64,000 nucleotides of DNA, taken from an uncultured delta proteobacterium. Its GTDB lineage: Bacteria; Myxococcota_A; Polyangia; Fen-1088. The stretch is taken from NCBI GenBank assembly GCA_963767925.1, contig CAVYGB010000010.1, forward strand, positions 416,001 through 480,000, read 5' to 3'. The notes beneath the pieces were generated by a model that saw nothing but the letters and a program-made list of their open reading frames with translations, did no database searches and was not told the DNA's origin. Positions 39,683-48,217 of this stretch are shown piece after piece (position 1 is the first letter of the stretch; every line of letters starts with the position of its first letter). Position numbers and translations under genes: made by a program.

Positions 39683-41146
39683 ATGTCATCTGGGATGGCC
39701 GATCGAAGGCGCTGGCTGAAGCAGGGCTTGGCAGCCGGCGCAGCCGCGCTGGTTGCGCCCTGGCGTCCTCGCCGCGCGCAGGCTGACGATTCCCTTCCTC
39801 CCTCCGAGGCGGCGGAGCGGCAACCAAAGACGGCGGAGCGAGCCGCGGACAAGGATCCCTGGAGCCGGTTGCCAAAGATCCTGGAGCGCATCCGGCCGCC
39901 GGTCTTCCCGCCCGCTCGCTTCGACGTGACCCGGTTCGGTGCCAGCGGCACCAGCGGCACGGATGCTCGTCCCGCTTTCACCAGCGCCATCTCGGCCTGC
40001 CGATCTGCCGGTGGGGGGACGGTGGTGGTGCCGCCCGGGCGCTACCGCCTCGACGGTCCCCTCTACCTGCACAGCAACGTGAACCTTCACCTCATGCGCG
40101 AGGCCGTGCTCCGATTCAGCACCAATCCCGCCCACTATCTGCCCGAGGTGCTGGTGCGCTGGGAGGGCACCCGCTGCTTCAACTACTCCCCGCTCATCTA
40201 TTCCTATCAGGAGCGAAACATCGCCATCAGCGGCGCCGGGGTGATCGACGGTCAGGCCACCGACCAGCAGGGGGGCTGGATGAAGATGGTGCGGTCGGCG
40301 CCGGAGCGGACCAGGGAGACCCTGCGCAGCATGGGCCGGGGGGGCTTGCCGGTCGAAAAGCGGATCTTTGGATCGCTGTCCAACCTGCGCCCGCAGATGT
40401 TTCACCCCTATGCCTGCGCCAACGTCCTCGTCGAAGGGGTGACCTTCCGCCACAGCCCATTCTGGACGGTGAACCCCGCCTTCTGCACCAACGTCACCGT
40501 TCGTGACATCACCGTGGAGGGTAATCGCCCCACCCGGCTCAACAACGACGACAGCGTGGTGCCTGATTCCAGCCGATACGTCCTCATCGAAAATTCGTCC
40601 TTCGACAGCCTGTGCGACAACCTCGCCATCAAGGCCGGCCGGGACAACGATGCCTGGGACGGAATGGTTTGCGAGAACATCGTGGTCCGCAACTGCAACC
40701 TGCGCCGTTCCTGGGGTGCGGTGGTGGTGGGCAGCGAGGTAAGCGGCGGCGTGCGAAATGTGTTCATCGAGGACAACGTCATTGGCGAAGCCCGCTACGC
40801 GCTGTACATCAAATCCAACCCCTTCCGCGGCGGGTTCGTGGAAAATCTCTACTTCCGCAACAACCGCATCGGCCAGGTAGAGGACTGCATCCGCATCGAA
40901 GCGAACTTCGCCGACGTGGCCAAGCACCGCCACACGACTCCCTTTCGCAACTTCCACTTCGAACGGATAAGCTGCGCCGACGCCACCGGGGCTGGCATCA
41001 TCTCCGACGGGCTGGCGGCGCTGCCCATCTCCGAGGTCCACTTCCGCGACATCACGATCCAGAAGGCGCGCCAGCCGGTGATCATCAGCAACACCCGGCG
41101 GTACTCCTTCGACAACGTGACGGTCAGCAACCGGCGCGTCCGCTAG
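39683..41146 (+). CDS. Tat-exported GH28 polygalacturonase-like beta-helix protein
   Basis: RRRWLK twin-Arg; GGGTVVVPPG, VRWEG, NYSPLIY, LRP, SPFW, VGSEVSGGVRNV; start may instead be 39695. Confidence 0.88.
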   Translation: MSSGMADRRRWLKQGLAAGAAALVAPWRPRRAQADDSLPPSEAAERQPKTAERAADKDPWSRLPKILERIRPPVFPPARFDVTRFGASGTSGTDARPAFTSAISACRSAGGGTVVVPPGRYRLDGPLYLHSNVNLHLMREAVLRFSTNPAHYLPEVLVRWEGTRCFNYSPLIYSYQERNIAISGAGVIDGQATDQQGGWMKMVRSAPERTRETLRSMGRGGLPVEKRIFGSLSNLRPQMFHPYACANVLVEGVTFRHSPFWTVNPAFCTNVTVRDITVEGNRPTRLNNDDSVVPDSSRYVLIENSSFDSLCDNLAIKAGRDNDAWDGMVCENIVVRNCNLRRSWGAVVVGSEVSGGVRNVFIEDNVIGEARYALYIKSNPFRGGFVENLYFRNNRIGQVEDCIRIEANFADVAKHRHTTPFRNFHFERISCADATGAGIISDGLAALPISEVHFRDITIQKARQPVIISNTRRYSFDNVTVSNRRVR

Positions 41147-41256
41147 CAGAGTAGGGACGGCGTCCGGGAGGTTTCCCGCTCCGCCCGGAGGGGTGGTGCG
41201 GTGTGACGATCGGCCGCAAACCCGCGTCGAGAGCCTGTCAGCTATCATTAAGTGCT

Positions 41257-41270
41257 TGAAAGTACTTTCA
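41257..41270. promoter_or_regulatory. Perfect 14-bp palindrome, candidate operator upstream of asd
   Basis: TGAAAGTACTTTCA in an AT-rich patch about 110 bp before the asd start. Confidence 0.5.
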
Positions 41271-41380
41271 CGCCTGGAGTACAGGGTGATCGGCTTGGCC
41301 CTCTGAGGGGGGGACCGTCTCCGGACATCCCTCCACGGGCTCACGGAACGCCAGGACGTCCGAAGGAAGCGAACAACACG

Positions 41381-42379
41381 ATGGGAATCAAGGTCGCGAT
41401 CATGGGAGCCACCGGCGCGGTGGGCACCGAGTTGCTGGAGATCCTCGCGGAGCGGAAGTTTCCGGTGGACGAGCTGCGTCTGCTGGCCTCGGCTCGATCG
41501 GCGGGCAAGACCCTCACCTTCCGGGGTGAGGCGGTCAAGGTCCAGGAGCTGACCCATGATTCCTTCAAGGACGTCCAGCTCGTGCTCGCCTCGGCGGGCG
41601 GCAAGATCAGCAAGGAGTTCGCCCCCTCGGCGGTCAAGGCCGGCGCGGTGGTGGTCGACAACACCTCGTACTTCCGGATGACCGAGGGCGTCCCGCTGGT
41701 GGTGCCGGAGGTGAACCCCGAGGACATCGCCAAGCACAAGGGGATCATCGCCAACCCGAACTGCTCGACCATCATCATGAACGTCCCGGTGTGGCCGCTG
41801 CACAAGCGCTTCCGGGTCAAGCGCATCGTGGCCGCGACCTATCAGGCGGCCAGCGGCGCGGGCGCCGTGGCCATGGACGAGCTGGTGAAGGAGACCTCGG
41901 CGGTGATCCAGGGGCAGCCGTTCGAGCGCTCGGTGATCCCGCATCGGTACGCCTTCAACCTGTTCCCTCACAACTCGCCGATGACCGACTCGGGCTACTG
42001 CGAGGAAGAGGTGAAGATGCTGAAGGAGACCCGGAAGATCTTCCACGACGACAACCTGCGCATCACCGCCACGTGCGTGCGGGTGCCGGTGCTGCGCGCC
42101 CACTCCGAGGCGCTGAACATCGAGTTCGAGGAGGACCCCAGCGTCGAGGAGGTCTACTCGATCCTGCGGGCCGCCCCCGGGGTCGAAGTGCTGGAGGACC
42201 GACCGGCCAACCGCTGGGCCATGCCGCTCGACGCCTCGGGCAAGGACCCCGTCCTGGTCGGCCGCATCCGCCGGGACCAGTCCAACCCCCGCACCCTGGA
42301 TCTGTGGGTGGTCGGCGATCAGATCCGCAAGGGCGCGGCCTTGAACGCCGTGCAGATCGCCGAGAAGCTCTTCGCCTGA
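41381..42379 (+). CDS. asd: Aspartate-semialdehyde dehydrogenase
   Basis: GATGAVG, VVDNTS, VVPEVN, IANPNCST, TYQAASGAG, CVRVPVLRAHSE, DQIRKGAALNAVQIAE. Confidence 0.97.
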   Translation: MGIKVAIMGATGAVGTELLEILAERKFPVDELRLLASARSAGKTLTFRGEAVKVQELTHDSFKDVQLVLASAGGKISKEFAPSAVKAGAVVVDNTSYFRMTEGVPLVVPEVNPEDIAKHKGIIANPNCSTIIMNVPVWPLHKRFRVKRIVAATYQAASGAGAVAMDELVKETSAVIQGQPFERSVIPHRYAFNLFPHNSPMTDSGYCEEEVKMLKETRKIFHDDNLRITATCVRVPVLRAHSEALNIEFEEDPSVEEVYSILRAAPGVEVLEDRPANRWAMPLDASGKDPVLVGRIRRDQSNPRTLDLWVVGDQIRKGAALNAVQIAEKLFA

Positions 42380-42709
42380 GGCTGTCCCACGTTCTCCTCC
42401 CCCTCAGGGGTACGCTCCGGATCCGTCCAGGAGGCGGGACTGGAGGAGCCGCTATGCGCGCCCGTCCGGCCCCTGAAACTCTCCTTGCGCTGGGGCCCTG
42501 CGCAGGGCTCGTCGCGACCTGCGCCGCCAGGAGCCCCGCTCCGGAGGTCTGGCAGATAGCCAGGAAGAGGCGGCGCGCACCCCCCGCGGCGCCTGGGCCA
42601 GCGTGACCGTCCAGAACCGGACGCTGTCTGGCGAGTTGATCGCGGCGGACGACATGGCCGTCTACCTGCTCGAGCCTGACCTCCGGTAAAACCGCCCGGG
42701 GTGAACCCG

Positions 42710-43531
42710 TCAGATCGTCGAGTAGGGCCTTGGCGCCAGGAACCGGGCGGTGTTCTTGGACGTCGAGTCCGCGTACTGGGGGAGACCCTTCATCTTCGTC
42801 CAGCGCGGATCGGGGCCGAACTTCTTCCAGGCGTCGAGGTGGGCGGCGAGATCGGGGCCCGACGTGATGTAGCGCAGGTGCGGCAGGTTCGGGCCGGAGA
42901 GGGCCTGTCCAAAGAGGAGGGGTGAGAGGCCGAGATCCCGCATGATCTCGATCTCGCCGTCGTCGAACATCGCCATCTTGGCCAGGGCCTTCAGCTCGCT
43001 GTGGCTCTCGTAGTCGCGCATCTCGAACACCCGGGTGGGGACCCGCTTCTTCGAGAAGTCGGGCAGGGTCATCGCCGGATGCCCCTTGAAGGCCAGCAGC
43101 AGCCAGGAGTCGATGCGCTCGAACGCCGGGGCAGACTTCGGAGCCTGGAGATATTCGACACCGCCCTTCTGCACGGCCGGATCCGCGTTGAGATCGGCGC
43201 TGACGGCCACGAAGGACTCGAAGCTGGCGTGGGGGACCAGCACCCAGACCGGCGAGTCCGGCTTCGCCACGCTGGTCTGGTCGGTCTTGTCGACCTCCAG
43301 CTCGGTGAACACGCCAACCGAGGCGATGCCCCGCTTCCGGAGCGCCGGCAGGAACGCCTTCTCGAAGTACCCGTCGAGCAGGGAGGTCGCCGTTCCGGGC
43401 TTCAGGCGGTAACTCCGAAGCTCGTAGTACTGGCGCTTGGCGCGGGCCGCCACGGCCGGAGCCGGGGAGACAGCGGTGACGGCCGATGCGGCCAGGGAGG
43501 ATGTCAGAAACGCGCGGCGAGAGCTGTTCAT
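42710..43531 (-). CDS. Tat-exported NIPSNAP family protein
   Basis: SRRAFL Tat motif; YYELRSY and VFEMRDYESHSE, the two NIPSNAP repeats. Confidence 0.85.
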   Translation of the reverse strand: MNSSRRAFLTSSLAASAVTAVSPAPAVAARAKRQYYELRSYRLKPGTATSLLDGYFEKAFLPALRKRGIASVGVFTELEVDKTDQTSVAKPDSPVWVLVPHASFESFVAVSADLNADPAVQKGGVEYLQAPKSAPAFERIDSWLLLAFKGHPAMTLPDFSKKRVPTRVFEMRDYESHSELKALAKMAMFDDGEIEIMRDLGLSPLLFGQALSGPNLPHLRYITSGPDLAAHLDAWKKFGPDPRWTKMKGLPQYADSTSKNTARFLAPRPYSTI

Positions 43532-43686
43532 GGTGTCCAACCGGAAGCGAAGATACAGCAAATCTGGCTTGGTGGAGCGTGCTCGAGAGCAGGCGTGCGT
43601 GGCCCTCCCTTCCTTCGACCCCCGCTCGAAGGAGCGAAGCGAGCGAGTCCGTCCTGCCGCAACAGCGTGAACAGCCGAGGGCGCGC

Positions 43687-43716
43687 CCGGTCCCGGAATG
43701 ACTGTTCCTGGACCGG
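43687..43716. terminator. GC-rich hairpin downstream of the VOC gene
   Basis: CCGGTCCCGGAA-TGACTG-TTCCTGGACCGG, one mismatch, no U-tract. Confidence 0.3.
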
Positions 43717-43755
43717 GAGGGCGCCGAAACGCCGGCGCCCCCTCTCCTTCGTGGG

Positions 43756-44241
43756 CTAGCAGCCCTCGTGGGCCCGCTTGATCACGGCGATGTCGATCTT
43801 GGTCATCTTGAACATGGCTTCGGCGACGCGCCTGGCTTTGGTCTTGTCCTTGTCGCGCATCAGGGTGGTCAGGACGTCGGGCTGGATTTGCCAGGAGAGG
43901 CCCCAGCGGTCCTTCAGCCAGCCGCACCGGGAGGGCTCACCGCCGTTGGCGATCAGCTTGTCCCAGAGGTGGTCCACCTCCTCCTGGGTGTCGCAGTGGA
44001 CGTACATCGAGAACGCTTCGGTGAAGGTGATGCTGGGGCCGCCGTTCATGGCGATTACCTCCACACCATCGAGCTCGAAGATCACGAGGGTGGGCTTTCC
44101 GGAGGCGGCGTCGTCGATGCCCGACAGGCGCACCACCTCCGTGACCTTCGAGTTCGGGAACAGCGAGACGTAGAAGTTGGCGGCCTCTTCGGCCTGGTCG
44201 TTGAACCACAGGAACGGAGAGATCTTCTGCTTGGTGGACAT
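43756..44241 (-). CDS. VOC/PhnB-like (3-demethylubiquinone-9 3-methyltransferase family) protein
   Basis: KISPFLWFNDQAEEAANFY, AMNGGP, TQEEVDHLW, CGWLKDRWGLSWQI. Confidence 0.92.
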   Translation of the reverse strand: MSTKQKISPFLWFNDQAEEAANFYVSLFPNSKVTEVVRLSGIDDAASGKPTLVIFELDGVEVIAMNGGPSITFTEAFSMYVHCDTQEEVDHLWDKLIANGGEPSRCGWLKDRWGLSWQIQPDVLTTLMRDKDKTKARRVAEAMFKMTKIDIAVIKRAHEGC

Positions 44242-44589
44242 CGGTGAGCTCCTCTTCTGCCGATGGGTCGGAGCCGCGCTCCGGTCCTCGACATGAAAAA
44301 GAACTGAATCACCACGCTGACGTACGGCGCGTCAGGGTCTCGCCGCCCACGTCTCGTGGGCGGTCCGAGCCCGAGCCGATCATTTTCGCCTCGTGGCGTC
44401 GCGAGCTCGGTGGAGCTGGCCCCCGTTGCGGCACACCCGCGGCTGCCCGGGCGCTGTGGCCCCCCTTCGCCGGCGCCCGAAAAAGATCGATCACCGGGCT
44501 GTCGATCCCGGCGACGGCCGATCGTCGTCCCTGCAAGCAGGCGGGTCGATGAGATTCGCCGGGTTCGACGGATGCCGTCGCGCAACAAC

Positions 44590-45388
44590 ATCGGGCTGAC
44601 CTCGACCGACGGGGTGACCTGGCAGCAACGACCGCTTGGCGAGTCGGTCCACGCGCGGGCGCTCGCGGCCGGCAACGGCGTTGTCGTCGCGGTGGGGCAG
44701 CGGTTCGGGGCGGGGACCCGGGGGACCATCCTGACCAGCGGGGACGCCGGCCAGAGCTGGACCGAGCAGCCCGCCCCGGAGGTGGGCCTGATGTCGGTCT
44801 CGTTCGTCGAGGGGCACTTCTGGGCGTTCGGCGAGCGGGGGGCGTTCTTCAAGTCTCGCGATGGGCGGACCTGGGAGGACCTCTCCCGCCCCGGTTACGT
44901 ACAGCTCAACGCCATCGCCTTCGGCCTGGGGCGGTACGTGATCGTCGGAAATGTCTCCTGGCTCGCTTCGGACGACGGCCGCACCTGGACCGAGCACCGG
45001 ACCATCTGCGACGACATCGCCCTCTGCCCCGGCGTCCTCCCCCCCGGTGGCTCGCCGCCCGGCGCCCTGGCGCTGTTCTCCCTCCTGTTCGGCGACGGCG
45101 CCTTCGTGACCGACGGGTGGGTCTCCAACGACGGCCGCCGCTTCACCCGGGCTCCCGACGCCACCGGCGCAGGCGTCTTCAGCCACGGCCGCTTCCTCGC
45201 CCGCCGGAACGACGGCGCGGTGGTTGTCTCCGACGACGGCCGGACGTGGACCCCCCGCACCACCGCCGCCGTGAGCGACGATCGCACGCTGTCCTGCGCA
45301 GCCCGCACCTGCATCGCCGTCGGGAGCGGCCTCCTCATCGTTCCCGCGCCGAGCGATCCGCCCCCCCTGCCCCGCCTGGATCCGCTGC
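44590..45388 (+). pseudogene. Asp-box (BNR) beta-propeller fragment
   Basis: Repeated S-x-D-(x)-G-x-T/S-W motifs; no clear start or signal peptide; runs into the TonB receptor in another frame. Confidence 0.65.
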
Positions 45389-47341
45389 AGGTCGGTGGCA
45401 GAGGCCCTGGCCGACGTGCCGGGGCTGTACGTGCTGGACGACCACCTGCAGCCGGCTCTCTCGGTCCGGGGGGTCGACGGCGGGCTGCGGGCCAGCACCC
45501 GACTGGTCAAGGTCATGATCAACGGCGTGCCGGTGCACTTCCGGCCCGACCTGAGCGCCTTCATCGGCCCCGAATACATCCCCATGCCGGCGGTGGAGCG
45601 CATCGAGGTGGTGCTGGGACCCCTCTCCGCGCTCTATGGGGCCAACGCCTTCATCGCCACGGTCAACGTCATCACCATCATGCCGAGGCGATCGTCGGGG
45701 ACGCTCGCGCTGCACGCCAACCAGGTGGAGGGACACCTGGGCGGCGGCCTCTCGGGCGTGGCCAGCGCCATCGGCGACGACCTCGGGGCCACGCTGGGGT
45801 TCTCCTTCGAGCGCAGCGATCGCTCGGGGCTGGCGCCATCCCGCACCTTCGACGGACAGCGGGCCGAGCCCGCGCGCTACGACGCCCTGCTGGCCGGCCG
45901 CAGCCGGCAGGACACGGCCAGCCCCCTCAGCCTGTTTCTGCGGGCCTGGGCCGGTCACCCCGACAGCGACAGGGGCCAGCTCACGCTGCAGGCGGGCCTG
46001 CAGCGGCTGGACCGAGGGGCCGAGTTCCAGGTCAACTCCGCCCTCACCGGCCAGAGCCGGGTGGCGCTCGACAACCTCTGGTCGCACCTCGGCTACCAGC
46101 GGCGCTTCTCCCAGCGCGACGAGCTGACGCTCGACCTGGGCTTCTCCGGCGGAGGGCCTCGCGAGCGGAGCCGGCTCTACCTGTTCAACAACGACGGAGC
46201 CCACTACCAGCCGCGCTTCGGCTACCGGGCCCTGTCCGGGGGGGCCGCCTTCACCAGCAAGCTGGCCGGCGAGCGGCTGACCTTGCGGGCGGCGGCCGAC
46301 GGGGAGGCCGACTGGGAAGACGTCCTCTTTTACCGGCAGACCTTCCTCCGGCAGCTCGGGCAACGCCGGGCCGGCGACCGCCTCGACCTGATCGGGGCCA
46401 GCGACCCCCGGCGCCGGCTGGTGAGCGAGCTGGGCCTGTCGATCCAGGCCCGCAGCAAGCCAGCCCCCGAGGCCCTGCCGGGGCTGGGCCTCAACGCCAA
46501 CCTGCGGGTGGACCACATGCGCTACGGCGACACGACCTTCCCCCTGCAGCCGAGCTGGCGCCTGGGGGCGGTCTACCGCTGGAGCGACGCGGTCGTGACA
46601 AAGCTCGTCGGCGGGCGAGCCTTCCAGACCCCTTCGCCGGTTCTGATGTTCGCCAAGGGCGGTTTCGGCGTCGGGAACAACGTGGTGGGAAACGCCGACC
46701 TGCAGGCCATCGACCTGGCCCGCCCGCTGCGCCCGCAGACGGTGACCGGGGCGGAGGCGGCCCTCAACCTGCGGCCCACGCCCACCAGCAACATCGACCT
46801 CAGCGTGTACCAGCAGACGCTGGACGATGCCATCACCTTCGCCCCCGCGGGCACCGACTTCGTGGCCCAGAACGAGACCAGCCGCCAGTCGGTGGGGCTG
46901 AGCGCCGCTGCCGACCTCCGCCACGGGCGCTGGCTGGCGGCGGGCAGCTTCGCCGCCACCTTTCGTTTCGTCGGCGGGCGCATCGGACGGCAGGCGCTCG
47001 AGCTGTTCCCCAAGTACACAGGGGCGCTCGAGCTGGGGATGGACCTGCCAGAGGCCTACCTGCGCATCGACGGCCACCTCCGCTGGGCGGGCGAGCGGGG
47101 GGCGTCCTCCAGCAACGTGCTCCGCAACAACCTCGTCCCCTACACCCTCCCCGCCTACACCCTCGTCGATCTCACCCTGCGCAGCACCGACCTCGCCTGG
47201 CCCACCCCGGCCGCCCGCCTCGGCCTCCTGTTCTCGGTGCGGAACCTGTTCGACCGACGCTACAGCGAGCCGGGCTTCGCCGGCCTCGACGTGCCCAGCC
47301 TGGGCCGCAGCTACCTGCTGACCCTTCAGCAGGCGCTCTGA
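45389..47341 (+). pseudogene. TonB-dependent receptor lacking its N-terminus
   Basis: Begins mid-plug (RSVAEALADVPG), ERIEVVLGPLSALYGANAF...VNVIT, C-terminal VRNLFD...GRSYLLTL; no signal peptide. Confidence 0.8.
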
Positions 47342-47404
47342 CAGCCGCTGCGCGCCAAGGGTGTCGTCGCCCACGGCCTGGAGATGTGAGCGCGCGTTCA
47401 CACT

Positions 47405-47803
47405 TCAAGGCTCGGAGCGGCCCTTGCCTTCGCGGTCCTTTTGATAGTGGCGGGCGAGGTCGAACGGGGGCAGCCAGGCCTCGCGCCGGATGACCCAGAG
47501 CTCGTAGGTCGGCCGGAACTGGCTGGGCGCATCGAGGCTGCCGAGATTGACCTCGATCTCGTCGCCGCTGCGCCCGAACAGCGAAGAGCCGCAAGCGGGA
47601 CAGAAGTGCCGGTTCCGATATTCCGCCGTCGCGCCGCTGATCGTGACCGCATCGACCGGGAAGATCGCGGAGGCGTGGAACAAAGCACCGTGATGCTTGC
47701 GGCAATCGAGGCAATGGCAGATGCCCACCCGATACGGCGCGCCGGAGAGGGCGAGGCGAACCGCGCCGCACAGGCAACCTCCAGCAAGATTCGTGTCGCT
47801 CAT
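47405..47803 (-). CDS. GFA (glutathione-dependent formaldehyde-activating) family protein
   Basis: GGCLCGAV, CHCLDCRK, FCPACGS zinc motifs. Confidence 0.92.
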   Translation of the reverse strand: MSDTNLAGGCLCGAVRLALSGAPYRVGICHCLDCRKHHGALFHASAIFPVDAVTISGATAEYRNRHFCPACGSSLFGRSGDEIEVNLGSLDAPSQFRPTYELWVIRREAWLPPFDLARHYQKDREGKGRSEP

Positions 47804-47833
47804 GGTTCCCCCGATGAATCTGGTCCCCTGGGA

Positions 47834-47997
47834 CCAGTGCACCGCAGTCGAAATAGCGTCAAGGATCCCCCGACAAGCCTGCGGCCCCGCGAGGCGCGAC
47901 GACGACGAATATCCGGCATATTCCGAGGAGGAGCAACGAAGCGGTGGCGCAGGATCGTCGGCGCAGCCTTGACGATATTTCGACTGCGGTGCACTAG
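47834..47997 (+). mobile_element. 164-bp fold-back (MITE-like) element 1
   Basis: 57-bp arms 47834-47890 and 47941-47997 (48/57 complementary by hand count), ends CCAG/CTAG, 50-nt core. Confidence 0.7.
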
Positions 47998-48158
47998 TCC
48001 CCTGGAACGGTGATTTCTTGCATATCTCGCCGGTCCTCTTCGTCCCTGGCTGCGTTGCTCGTCGGTTAAATACGCCCGGTATTCGCCCTCCTCGCGCCTT
48101 GCCAGGAACGAAGATGCCTCGCCGACATATGCAAGCCTTCACCGTTCCAGGGGACTAG
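47994..48158 (-). mobile_element. 165-bp fold-back (MITE-like) element 2
   Basis: Arms 47994-48050 and 48101-48158, outer 20 bp perfectly complementary, CTAG at both ends; core homologous to element 1 in the opposite orientation. Confidence 0.7.
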
Positions 48159-48217
48159 CAAGCGGACCGCCTTCGTGAAAAATGTCCTCGTCAAGATGCG
48201 CACCCACCCGGGATGAG

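Noticed and set aside
41150..41380. Lysine riboswitch before asd
   Set aside because: Conserved L-box elements could not be identified
47834..48158. Fold-back elements as integron attC sites or REP/REPIN units
   Set aside because: No RYYYAAC...GTTRRRY ends, no GTAG-led short REP palindromes, and no integrase or RAYT in the window
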